A stretch of 64,000 nt of DNA from Reclinomonas americana ATCC 50394 (GCA_048213135.1 PS015010.1:930001-994000); one strand, 5' to 3'. Numbered from the stretch's first letter, positions 40,646 through 49,683 are shown. The notes: generated from the sequence alone by a model not told the origin. Program-made: numbers and translations.

Positions 40646-41308
40646 ATGAAAAAGTTTATTTTACCCCTATCCATTTTTGTGAACCTGACCTTCGTTATCA
40701 TCGCCTGTTCTAAAATGGACGCAACAGCACCGGCCAATGGCCCATCTGCCCAGGCCGGGACCCCCGGAAATGAATCGGGCCGCGTTTCCTCTTTTACTGG
40801 TTCTGCCACCGAGTGTACCGGCGCTTACCAGGGTCTTTCCTACAACCAGGTAATAGGCATGATCAACAACTACCGCCTGAACCAGGCCGAGGCCATCCGC
40901 AGTCGTATGGGAATTGAAGATGCCCGCTCATGCTGGTTCTCACTGGCAGAGGTTAAGAATTTCGTTTGCCACCTGGAAGCCGCTGTAGCCAGTAACAATT
41001 GCGTGAACCCTACCAACCTGGGTATACGTTTCTATTATGGCGCTCATGGCAACCCGCCCACAATGGCAGGCATCCCGGCCAATTATGCCAAACTGCATAA
41101 CCTGATCCTTATACCTACTTATCGCGACGGCAAGGGTACCAACGTGGATTTTGATCCTTATTACATCAATGGCGAAACCTGTACACCATTGCCACTGGGA
41201 TTAATGGATCCGAACACAAGGATGAACGCTATACTTTTTGGCAGCAATGAAGCGGATGGTAATTCTTTCTCTATGGATCACGGCCAGTTATTCCCGCCCT
41301 ATCAATAG
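40646..41308 (+). CDS. Hypothetical lipoprotein heading a two-component operon
   Basis: Lipobox IIAC; WFSL, GIRFYYGAH, LILIPT, C-terminal DHGQLFPP. Confidence 0.8.
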   Translation: MKKFILPLSIFVNLTFVIIACSKMDATAPANGPSAQAGTPGNESGRVSSFTGSATECTGAYQGLSYNQVIGMINNYRLNQAEAIRSRMGIEDARSCWFSLAEVKNFVCHLEAAVASNNCVNPTNLGIRFYYGAHGNPPTMAGIPANYAKLHNLILIPTYRDGKGTNVDFDPYYINGETCTPLPLGLMDPNTRMNAILFGSNEADGNSFSMDHGQLFPPYQ

Positions 41309-41424
41309 CAGAAGTTTGTAGCGTATCAGTCATTATCAATATAAGAGCAGGCTGATATGCTACCGTTTTTTTACCTGGTCCGCTACTCCCTGAAAACATT
41401 ATTTTCGTATGCTAAAACAACAAT

Positions 41425-42084
41425 ATGCCTAAATCTGTCTTCGGGGAGAATTTTTTCTGGTTTGAAGTGCTGGCCCTGGCGGTATCGCTGGGCGTAGTGA
41501 TTTTTAAACGGGATATGAAGTCGCCTTTCAGAACGGTAGTGCTGTACATGGCCTTTATTGTTGCGTTTGAGATCATCGCCAATATGTACCGCAAAGACCG
41601 CATACTGGTGATCGATACCATCAACCGGGTAGTCATTCCCGTGGAATTCCTGTATATGATGTTCCTGGGCTACTTCCTGCTCAGGAGCCAGAAGCTCCGG
41701 AAATGGGTACTGGCAGCAGTCGCCATCTACCTCCTGCTGTTTGTGAAAGACCTCGCTTTTCCATCCGTAGGAAGGGCAAGATTGCTGGTGACCTCGTATA
41801 TTGCCGGTGTACTCGGGCTGACCCTTGTATGCGCCGTACTTTATTATGAACTGCTGAATTCACCCAGGCTGGAAGCGTTTTACAGGGAACCGGTATTCTG
41901 GTTCTTCACCGGTATGCTCATCTTTTACCTGGGAACCCTGCCCATGCACCTCTACTGGAACCTCGCTTCGTCAAGGGATGTACAGCTGCTGATCAAGTTG
42001 CAGGCGCTTTTCAACACATTGAAGTGTATCATGTATGTATTTTTCAGTGTATCTATGCTTAGTTTATTATGGAAGAAGGATTAA
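41425..42084 (+). CDS. Polytopic (~7 TM) membrane protein
   Basis: Consecutive hydrophobic helices; PVFWFFTGMLIFY; overlaps the kinase start. Confidence 0.85.
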   Translation: MPKSVFGENFFWFEVLALAVSLGVVIFKRDMKSPFRTVVLYMAFIVAFEIIANMYRKDRILVIDTINRVVIPVEFLYMMFLGYFLLRSQKLRKWVLAAVAIYLLLFVKDLAFPSVGRARLLVTSYIAGVLGLTLVCAVLYYELLNSPRLEAFYREPVFWFFTGMLIFYLGTLPMHLYWNLASSRDVQLLIKLQALFNTLKCIMYVFFSVSMLSLLWKKD

Positions 42085-42854
42085 AATATTTTATTGTTAC
42101 CCTTACCTGTATCATACTGGTGTTCATCTCCATCGGTGTGGCATTCATGCTGTTTTACCGCAACCGTAAACTGCGTTTTGTGGCCGAGAACCAGCAACTG
42201 GAAGAAAGAATGAAAACCGAACTGCTCAACATCAGGACGGAAGTACAGGAACAAACCCTGCACCATGTGTGCCAGGAACTGCACGATAACATCGGCCAGA
42301 AATTATCGGTGGTACGTATTTATATCAACCGCCTGGAAACGGTGAAGAAAGAACAGAGCGATAAGGCCGAACTGCAGGGCATCAGTGAAACCCTGGGTGA
42401 TACCATTGAAGAACTTCGCGGTATCGTTAATACACTCAATCCCGATGCGGTGAAGAAACGCCGGCTGGTGGAAGCACTGCGACTGGAGCAGGGGCGCATT
42501 AACCAGTCGAAAGTAGTTACCTGCGATGTGGAAGTGGAAGGCTCTCCTTCAGACCTGAACGATGAAAAAGAAGACCTGATCATTTACCGCATCTGCCAGG
42601 AGTTTATACAGAACAGCCTGAAACATTCGGGTTGCGACAAGATCAGCATACAGCTGAATTTTTCAGAAACGGAATTTCATTTGTCCATTGCGGATAACGG
42701 CAAAGGTTTTGCTTTCGATAATCCCGAAATGCAGCGGGGTGGCAACGGACTTACCAATATGCAAAACCGGGCAGGCATCATACATGCCCGGCTGCGTTTT
42801 GCGCAAAACACACCCAGCGGTTTTAAATTACTTTTATCATTACCTCTTCAATAA
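42069..42854 (+). CDS. Histidine kinase (HisKA_3), single TM, no sensor domain
   Basis: QELHDNIGQKL, QEFIQNSLKHS, DNGKGF, GNGLTNM. Confidence 0.93.
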   Translation: MEEGLKYFIVTLTCIILVFISIGVAFMLFYRNRKLRFVAENQQLEERMKTELLNIRTEVQEQTLHHVCQELHDNIGQKLSVVRIYINRLETVKKEQSDKAELQGISETLGDTIEELRGIVNTLNPDAVKKRRLVEALRLEQGRINQSKVVTCDVEVEGSPSDLNDEKEDLIIYRICQEFIQNSLKHSGCDKISIQLNFSETEFHLSIADNGKGFAFDNPEMQRGGNGLTNMQNRAGIIHARLRFAQNTPSGFKLLLSLPLQ

Positions 42855-42862
42855 AAATAATT

Positions 42863-43528
42863 ATGTCAAAGAAAACCGTTGTTATTGTCGATGATCATGT
42901 GCTGGTAGCGAATGCCATTGGCTCGCTCATCGCTGTAATGCCCAATTATGAAGTAATCCATGTGGCGGAGAACGGCATGGAACTCATCGAATGGCTGGGC
43001 AACCGGAAAAAAGATCCGGATATCATCCTGCTCGATATCAACATGCCCAAGCTTAACGGTTATGAAACAGCGGAATGGGTAAAAGCTAATCGTCCCGATA
43101 TCGCCATCATCGCACTTACCATGATCAACGATGAAAAATCGATCATCAAAATGATCAGGGCCGGCGCATCGGGTTACCTGCTGAAAGATATTCATCCCGT
43201 GGAACTGGAGAAAGCACTTGACCTGGTGCTGGAGAAAGGATATTATTATACCGATTCGGTAGCCAATAAACTGGTAAAATCCATTACCACGGATGAGAAT
43301 ACTAAAACCGAGCAGGTAAAACTGACAGAAAAGGAGATACTGTTCCTGAAATATTCCTGTACTGAACTTACTTACAAAGAGATTGCCCATTCCATGAAAC
43401 TGAGTACCCGTACTGTGGAAGGTTACCGCGATCACCTGTTCCTGAAGCTCAACATTAAAAGCAGGGTAGGGCTGGTACTGTACGCCATCCGGAATAATTT
43501 CTTCCAGTTGAATGAAATACTGAGCTGA
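42863..43528 (+). CDS. NarL/LuxR family response regulator
   Basis: VDDH, LLDINMP, GYLLK, LTYKEIA...RTVEGYR. Confidence 0.95.
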   Translation: MSKKTVVIVDDHVLVANAIGSLIAVMPNYEVIHVAENGMELIEWLGNRKKDPDIILLDINMPKLNGYETAEWVKANRPDIAIIALTMINDEKSIIKMIRAGASGYLLKDIHPVELEKALDLVLEKGYYYTDSVANKLVKSITTDENTKTEQVKLTEKEILFLKYSCTELTYKEIAHSMKLSTRTVEGYRDHLFLKLNIKSRVGLVLYAIRNNFFQLNEILS

Positions 43529-43540
43529 ATACGGTCCGGC

Positions 43541-43667
43541 GATAGTGTCTCAATTTGAATATATTTCCCACAAAAACACGAAGAACACGATATATTCAAC
43601 CTGGCAACTCTTTGTGGCCTTAGTGGCTTGGGGGAGGGCTTACCTGTTTTCAAACTGAGACACTACC
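43541..43667 (-). mobile_element. MITE-like palindromic element, copy 2
   Basis: IRs GATAGTGTCTCAATTTGAA / TTCAAACTGAGACACTACC (17/19); reverse complement aligns with 19403-19530. Confidence 0.6.
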
Positions 43668-43721
43668 CAGTTCCGCAGGCTGTTCCATGTATCTGGATTT
43701 TGATTTACATTTGCCCTCCAG

Positions 43722-44993
43722 ATGAAAAATATCAAAACCATTGCCATTATCGGCGGCGGCCCTTCGGGTTGTGCGCTGGCCACACTGCTGAAAAGAAAAG
43801 GATTTAAAGTAGCGGTATTCTACCTCGAGAACAGGCCCGAGATCATCGTAGGCGAATCGCTGGTTCCCGCTATCATTCCCATGCTTCGCGAGCTGGGTGT
43901 GGAAGACGAAGTAAAGACCTACAGTACCTATAAACCCGGTGCATCGGTATGGGTGAATAAGGATGAAGAAGCCACATCGCCATTCAGCTTTGGCGGCGGC
44001 AGCCTTCCGCCTTATGCCTACAATGTACCGCGGACGAAATTTGATAAAACCATTTTTGATAAGGCCGTAAGCGAAGGCGTTACTTTTTTCAATAAAGTGG
44101 CCAAACTGGAACGCGTATCCGAAAATGGCGATACGCTGAAACTGAGCGACGATACCATTGCCGCCATCGGGGATTTTTTTGAAGGACAGCCCGATCTTAT
44201 CGTAGACGCCAGCGGCCGTTCCCGCACCATTTCCCGCCTGCTCGACATTCCAACCAAAACGGGTTACCGTAAGGATATAGCCGTATTCTCACACTTGTCC
44301 GGCGCGGAAAAAATTGAACCATACAATATTCACCTGCACCGCCTCGAAAAAGGCTGGGCCTGGCGTATTCCGCTGCCCGACAGGATCTCGGTAGGCGTAG
44401 TGATCAATCCCGAATACCTGAAGGAATACGGTAAAACCAAGGAGGAGCAATACGATAACTACCTCAAAAGCGAAGAAACGCTCCGGAAATTCACCGGTAA
44501 TGCCAAAAGAGAAACAGGGGTGGTACAATACAGCAATTACCAGCTCATTTCACAAAAAATGTATGGCAGTAACTGGGTGCTGACCGGCGATGCAGGCGGC
44601 TTCCTGGATCCTATCTTTTCTTCTGGGCTTTTCCTGGCCATCAAAGGCGCTTTCCGCCTGGCTAAAGCCATAGAGGAAGGTACACCTGCCGCTTACAGCC
44701 GTTACCAGAAAGAACAGATGCGGGAATTGTATGTATGGCAAAAACTGGTGGATACCTGGTACAGCGGGCGCCTGTTCACACTCTTCAAAGTGGGGCAGGA
44801 CAGGATGGACACCGCATTGGGTAGGTTCATTGGACCGCATATGCAAAAGCACCTGACCCGTATATTCACCGGCGAAGCCGTATACCGTACTTACAGCCGT
44901 GGCTTCCTGAACTTTGTTACGGGCAATATGCTTAAGCTCATGAAAATTGGCGGGCTGAATAAAAGGAATGTAAAGGACCTGGAGATAAAATAA
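43722..44993 (+). CDS. Flavin-dependent halogenase-like oxidoreductase
   Basis: GGGPSG, VGESL, DASGR, WAWRIP, GDAGGFLDPIFSSG. Confidence 0.85.
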   Translation: MKNIKTIAIIGGGPSGCALATLLKRKGFKVAVFYLENRPEIIVGESLVPAIIPMLRELGVEDEVKTYSTYKPGASVWVNKDEEATSPFSFGGGSLPPYAYNVPRTKFDKTIFDKAVSEGVTFFNKVAKLERVSENGDTLKLSDDTIAAIGDFFEGQPDLIVDASGRSRTISRLLDIPTKTGYRKDIAVFSHLSGAEKIEPYNIHLHRLEKGWAWRIPLPDRISVGVVINPEYLKEYGKTKEEQYDNYLKSEETLRKFTGNAKRETGVVQYSNYQLISQKMYGSNWVLTGDAGGFLDPIFSSGLFLAIKGAFRLAKAIEEGTPAAYSRYQKEQMRELYVWQKLVDTWYSGRLFTLFKVGQDRMDTALGRFIGPHMQKHLTRIFTGEAVYRTYSRGFLNFVTGNMLKLMKIGGLNKRNVKDLEIK

Positions 44994-45005
44994 TTACGAA
45001 TCAGG

Positions 45006-45083
45006 AATTACGAATTTTATCCTGAGCGAAACGAAGGGACTTGTTTTACATTTTCAAACCTTCATATTCACACATCTGCACAT
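45006..45083 (+). repeat. REP-like intergenic element, copy 4
   Basis: AATTACGAATTTTATCCTGAGCGAAACGAAGGGACTTGTTTTACATTTTCAAA plus CACAT tail. Confidence 0.7.
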
Positions 45084-46231
45084 TAAACCGGCAGCCATAC
45101 TTTCAATATACTGCCTTCGCCTTCCGATTGCACCTGTTTCATTTTGCCTTTCAGCATATCGATACGGGTCTGGATATTCTGCAGGTATAATTTTCTTTCG
45201 CCGTCATTTTCTGCCGAAACAATACCATCATCAAAAAAAGTAAGACTGATGTTTTTTCCGGCCTTCAGGTTAACGGATACCTGGCGGGCGCTGATGTGCC
45301 GGGCCATTTTAAGATACAATTCTATAATGCGGAAAAGAGAAAGTCCGGCGTTACCTTTTAGCTGTACATCTGGTGTTTCGTACAGGTATTCCACCTTCAT
45401 TTCGTTATCGACACTGTACTGGATAGCATGGGTCTCTATCAGGTCGCTGTAATTGGCATTCTCAAACGTAGTGGGGGTAATGGTTTTAGACAGCAGCTTC
45501 ATTTCATCCATCAACTCTTTGATGAGTTTTTTGCTGGTGTCGATGTATTCGCCGTTGCCGTTTTTTTTGAGTCCCGCAAATTCAAGCTGCATCTTTACAG
45601 CAGCCAGTATTTGTGCGAAATTCTCATGCAATTCTGTAGCGATAAAAATATTTTCATCTTCGCGGCGCTGGAGATTAAACTGCGCCAGTTTTTTCTCAGC
45701 GGCAACCAGGGCGGTCGTCTTCTCCACGAGGTAACGGTTCTTCAGCCGGAGATCGAGCAGTTTGCCTACCTGCCCGGCAATTATGCGCATGGCTTCCACT
45801 TGCTGCGGCGGCAGGTCTTGTTTGGAACTCCGGTCCATAGCGCATACGGTACCCAGGCGGTAACCGGTAGGGCTGATGATGGGAGCGCCTGCATAGAACT
45901 GGATCTTCAGTCCGCCAACAACATCAGGATTGTCAAAAAAACGATTGTCTTTCAACGAATCGGCCACTACCATTACATCATGTTCCAGCATCGCGTGCCC
46001 GCAGAAAGAAACGGAGCGGGAGCCTTCGCTGGACGCAATATTCTTCCTGGCTTTGAACCATTGCCTGTCCTTATCGATAAAAGTGATGGAAGCCATACTG
46101 CAGTTGCATACCTGGGCGGCAAGATGGGCCAGGTCATCAAAATCCTGTTCGGCGGCAGAATCAAGAATGTCGTACAGGCCGAGGTCGGCCAGGCGCTGTT
46201 CTTCATTGGCAGGAATTGGAGCAGGTATCAT
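45083..46231 (-). CDS. GAF-domain histidine kinase (HisKA_3, degenerate ATPase domain)
   Basis: RQWFK, SFCGHA, FYAGAP, LGTVC GAF motifs; ELHENFAQ. Confidence 0.87.
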   Translation of the reverse strand: MIPAPIPANEEQRLADLGLYDILDSAAEQDFDDLAHLAAQVCNCSMASITFIDKDRQWFKARKNIASSEGSRSVSFCGHAMLEHDVMVVADSLKDNRFFDNPDVVGGLKIQFYAGAPIISPTGYRLGTVCAMDRSSKQDLPPQQVEAMRIIAGQVGKLLDLRLKNRYLVEKTTALVAAEKKLAQFNLQRREDENIFIATELHENFAQILAAVKMQLEFAGLKKNGNGEYIDTSKKLIKELMDEMKLLSKTITPTTFENANYSDLIETHAIQYSVDNEMKVEYLYETPDVQLKGNAGLSLFRIIELYLKMARHISARQVSVNLKAGKNISLTFFDDGIVSAENDGERKLYLQNIQTRIDMLKGKMKQVQSEGEGSILKVWLPV

Positions 46232-46437
46232 ATTGTTGTAAAGGTTTACGATACGATCAATCGACATATACGGATAAACCCGTTGAATAGTTTTCCCTGG
46301 TTTTACAACCATTGCATAACAAAAATAAGACCTGAATCGCTAATCAATCGTTAATATAAGAGCTTGATAATTAACGAGTGACAGTAAAAATACGGGGTAA
46401 TTCCGCAATAATACGCTCAACCATACGTTTGAATGCC

Positions 46438-46947
46438 ATGAAAAAGATTTTTACCCTTTCTGCAATGCCCTTCCTGCTTATAGCGATACTGTTTACAGCG
46501 GCCTGCAACCAGCCCGATCCGGGGCATGATCCTGAAATTCCGGCTCCTGCTATAACGCAACCGCAACCGGAAGATAGCGTGGTTACCCGCCTGCGCCCGG
46601 CCATTACCGCCATCGAGAGCAAAAACCTGCAGATGGGTGGCTACCAGCTCAAGTTCATCAAAATCGACAGCATCCGGTATGAAAAAATATCACTGAAAAC
46701 CTATTACGACAGGCGCAAGGCGGAAATGGAAAAGAACCTGCACCTGTCGACCGATAAAGAAAAAACGCAGAAAGTGATACAATACCTGGGCGACAGGGCG
46801 GCTAAAGCCTCATCAAAAACAGAACTGTATTATGTTGATTTTTTTATGAATGCGCAGGCTGGCGATACCCGCTACCAGGAACGGCATACGAATTACCTCA
46901 ACCCCGATCTTACCGAACTGCGTATGGATTTTCGTAATATTCAATAG
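46438..46947 (+). CDS. Hypothetical lipoprotein
   Basis: MKKIF signal peptide with TAAC lipobox. Confidence 0.78.
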   Translation: MKKIFTLSAMPFLLIAILFTAACNQPDPGHDPEIPAPAITQPQPEDSVVTRLRPAITAIESKNLQMGGYQLKFIKIDSIRYEKISLKTYYDRRKAEMEKNLHLSTDKEKTQKVIQYLGDRAAKASSKTELYYVDFFMNAQAGDTRYQERHTNYLNPDLTELRMDFRNIQ

Positions 46948-46969
46948 TATGATCGTAATCATAATAGTT

Positions 46970-46994
46970 AAGCCCACCATTGGTGGGCTTTTTT
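46970..46994 (+). terminator. Intrinsic terminator
   Basis: AAGCCCACCA-T-TGGTGGGCTT plus T tract. Confidence 0.75.
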
Positions 46995-47016
46995 GTGCCT
47001 TCTCAAACTAGGATAA

Positions 47017-47280
47017 ACCTAACCGGGATAGGTCAATAACCTAAGCAGGATAGGTCACCCAACCTAACCCGGATAGGTTCAGGACCTAACTAGGATACGT
47101 TACCCTACCTAACCCCGATAGATTATGTACCTATCTAGGATACGTTACCCAACCTAACCCGGATAGGTTCAGGACCTAACTAGGATACGTTACCCTACCT
47201 AACCCGGATAGGTTAGGGGCCTAACTAGGATACGTTACCCCACCTGATGAGGATAGGTTCTTAACCTATCGGGGATAGGG
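47017..47280. repeat. Tandem array of 12 palindromic units (ACCTAAC..GGATAGGT) with alternating 22/23-bp period
   Basis: Unit starts 47017, 47039, 47062, 47084, 47107, 47129, 47152, 47174, 47197, 47219, 47242, 47264. Confidence 0.9.
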
Positions 47281-47409
47281 GATAACAGCCGCAGCGGCGT
47301 CATCGCTTTGAGGTGGAGGCAAGAACAGCGGAGGAATTGTAAGTTGTACAGGGGCTTCAACAACTTTTACAATGCCTCCATTAACTTTTTTCACAGAGCG
47401 CACAGCGGC

Positions 47410-47660
47410 ACGAAGTACACAGAGACGCTCCGTGCCTCTTTGTGAAAACCCTCCGTGCCCTCTGTGAAAAATCCTCCGCTCCCTGCCACGTCCCCAACGG
47501 TTTAAATTCCACATATTTTACCGGGAAAACCAGAGGTACGAAGCACACAGAGACGCTCCGTGCATCTTTGTGAAAATCCTCCGTGCCCTCTGTGAAAAAT
47601 CCTCCGCTCCCTGCCACGTCCCCAACTGTTTAAATTACCCGTATTTTACCGGGAAAACCA
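47410..47660 (+). repeat. Tandem duplication with 128-bp period containing CTCCGTG..CTCTGTG REP-like motifs
   Basis: 47410-47532 aligns with 47538-47660. Confidence 0.85.
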
Positions 47661-47696
47661 CTAACTTCCAATCACTGAAAAAACTACATTTGCCTT

Positions 47697-48101
47697 ATGA
47701 CAACAAAGACAAACACCATACACCAGGGCCGCAATGTGAAACGATTCCGTGAAATGCTGGGCATAAAGCAAGACGCCCTTGCCGCCGACCTGGGAGATGA
47801 CTGGAATCAACAGAAGATTTCACTGCTGGAGCAAAAGGAAACCATCGACAACGGGCTGCTGCAACAACTGTCAGCGGCGCTGAAGATACCCGTGGAAGCG
47901 ATTGAGAATTTTGATGAGGAGCAGGCGGTGAATGTGATTGCTAATACCTTCTCCAGTCATGATAGTTCAACATTAAACGCAGTTAATCCCTACTGTACAT
48001 TCAATCCACTTGACAAAATGATCGAGCTGTATGAGCGTATGATTCAGCAGCAAAAGGAAATGATTGAGAAACTGGAGAGGTTGCTGGAAAAGGGAAAATG
48101 A
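47697..48101 (+). CDS. XRE family HTH transcriptional regulator
   Basis: HQGRNVKRFREMLGIKQDALA...QQKISLLEQKE; TACATTTG at 47685-47692 suggests a near-leaderless transcript. Confidence 0.92.
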   Translation: MTTKTNTIHQGRNVKRFREMLGIKQDALAADLGDDWNQQKISLLEQKETIDNGLLQQLSAALKIPVEAIENFDEEQAVNVIANTFSSHDSSTLNAVNPYCTFNPLDKMIELYERMIQQQKEMIEKLERLLEKGK

Positions 48102-48148
48102 CCCTTTTGATGTTTTGATAAAAACACAGTTTTTGCATTCTCACTGAA

Positions 48149-48256
48149 GTGTATTGTACTAACAACAATACAAAAAGTATAATGCCAAAAGACTGGTTAC
48201 CAGTATTCTTCTTTTTTATGTCTTTATTTTTAGTTGCATATATTTATGAGTTAGCT
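48149..48256 (+). other. attI-like array leader, copy 1
   Basis: ~100-bp sequence repeated at 55191-55291; identity ends at the G|TT of the first cassette core site. Confidence 0.65.
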
Positions 48257-48273
48257 GCCATTAAACAGACACA

Positions 48274-49476
48274 ATGATTAAACAAGTATTTATAACATAT
48301 TCGTGGGACACAGACGAACACAAAGAATGGGTTAGAAGTATTGCAGACTTTCTTATTTCGAGAGGCATTATGGTGTATCTAGACCAATATGACATCAAGC
48401 CTGGAGAAAGCTTTACTCATTTTATGGAAAGTTCAATTACAAAATCAGACAAGGTTCTCGTTGTATTGACGCCAAGTTACAAAGATAAATCGTTAGAGAG
48501 AAAAGGTGGTGTAGGATATGAACAGCAAATTATATCGGGCGAAATAATGTCAGGAATGGATAGAAAAAAAATTATTCCGCTGATAAGAAAAGGAAAATAT
48601 GAAGAAGGTATTGATTGTGCCTTACCTCCGCACTTTAAGGGAATTTCGACACTGGATTTCAGAACTTCGGAAAATGAACAAAACTCTTTAGATGAATTAC
48701 TAAGAGCTATATATGAAGAGCCAAAATTTGTAAAACCTACTTTAGGAAATAAACCAGACTTTGGTAAGCAAGTGTCTGACAAGTCGTTTGTAATAGAACT
48801 TGATGAGGATTTTAATTTCCTTCAATCAGAAATTTTCTTGACTGATTTATTCTTACAAATTTCGGACTTGAGAAAGGCAAATAGTAAGTACAATTTAAAT
48901 TTCAACATTCGTGGTATCTCTGATGAACTGGCAGAATATACACAATTAGTTTCCTTACAAAATCTTTCAGACAAAGACATTAAAAGGAAGTTAGAACTTA
49001 GAGCCTATTTGAATGAAAGATACTTTCTTCCAAACGGGACTATTTATGAATATCTTCAGTATTCAATCAACTCAATTATTGATTTTAGCTTTAATAAGTA
49101 CAACTACGTTTTTAATTATCAAGATTTATTCGTTGCTCTCACTAAATGTTTAAAGTTATTTTCAGATAAAAATAGCTGGCGAAGAGGCACCACAAAATTT
49201 GATATATTCCACAACAAGATTAAATGGGGATTTAGCATCTGGATTTCCGAGAGCGAAGTACAAAGTCTTCTTGCTAAAATGTCAACCAACGACAAAATGT
49301 TTCTTACAGCCATAGCTGGACTTGATACTTATGACCTTTCCCATTCTACTCTAATTGAAGAGGTAATTCCAAAACAATCCTATCAATTTACAATCGATTA
49401 TTTTTTGAAGAGAATAAATGAAGAAATAAAAGAAGAATGCTTTAGGACAGGTAATTGGAAAATAGGATTAGGATAA
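48274..49476 (+). CDS. TIR/SEFIR domain protein (cassette 1)
   Basis: VFITYSWD..EHKEWV, LDQYD..PG, TPSY, GGVGYE; unknown C-terminal domain. Confidence 0.88.
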   Translation: MIKQVFITYSWDTDEHKEWVRSIADFLISRGIMVYLDQYDIKPGESFTHFMESSITKSDKVLVVLTPSYKDKSLERKGGVGYEQQIISGEIMSGMDRKKIIPLIRKGKYEEGIDCALPPHFKGISTLDFRTSENEQNSLDELLRAIYEEPKFVKPTLGNKPDFGKQVSDKSFVIELDEDFNFLQSEIFLTDLFLQISDLRKANSKYNLNFNIRGISDELAEYTQLVSLQNLSDKDIKRKLELRAYLNERYFLPNGTIYEYLQYSINSIIDFSFNKYNYVFNYQDLFVALTKCLKLFSDKNSWRRGTTKFDIFHNKIKWGFSIWISESEVQSLLAKMSTNDKMFLTAIAGLDTYDLSHSTLIEEVIPKQSYQFTIDYFLKRINEEIKEECFRTGNWKIGLG

Positions 49477-49484
49477 ACAACGGC

Positions 49485-49683
49485 AGCTAACATTGGTATT
49501 GCCAATAGCGGGGCTTGACATTGAAGCAATCAGCAGCAGTAATTCTACTGTACTGCGGTTCGGGGCTCGACGAACAAAGCCTAGCTTTGGTTCTTAATAT
49601 TTAACTTTATCAAAAAGCCAAGCAGCGGTTCCGGGCGGACGAATATAAAATTTCCCACCATCGGCAATACCTGCTCGTTGTGT
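49485..49683 (+). repeat. attC-like site 1
   Basis: AGCTAAC ... GGTATTGCC/GGCAATACC inner IR ... GTTGTGT. Confidence 0.8.

Noticed and set aside
47017-47280. CRISPR array
   Set aside because: Linkers are only 5-6 bp and themselves repeat; no unique 25-45-bp spacers; no cas genes in the window.
47266-47752. Short ORFs 47266..47514 (-), 47381..47617 (-), 47570..47752 (+)
   Set aside because: They are translations of the 128-bp duplication and REP-like sequence with no protein-like features.
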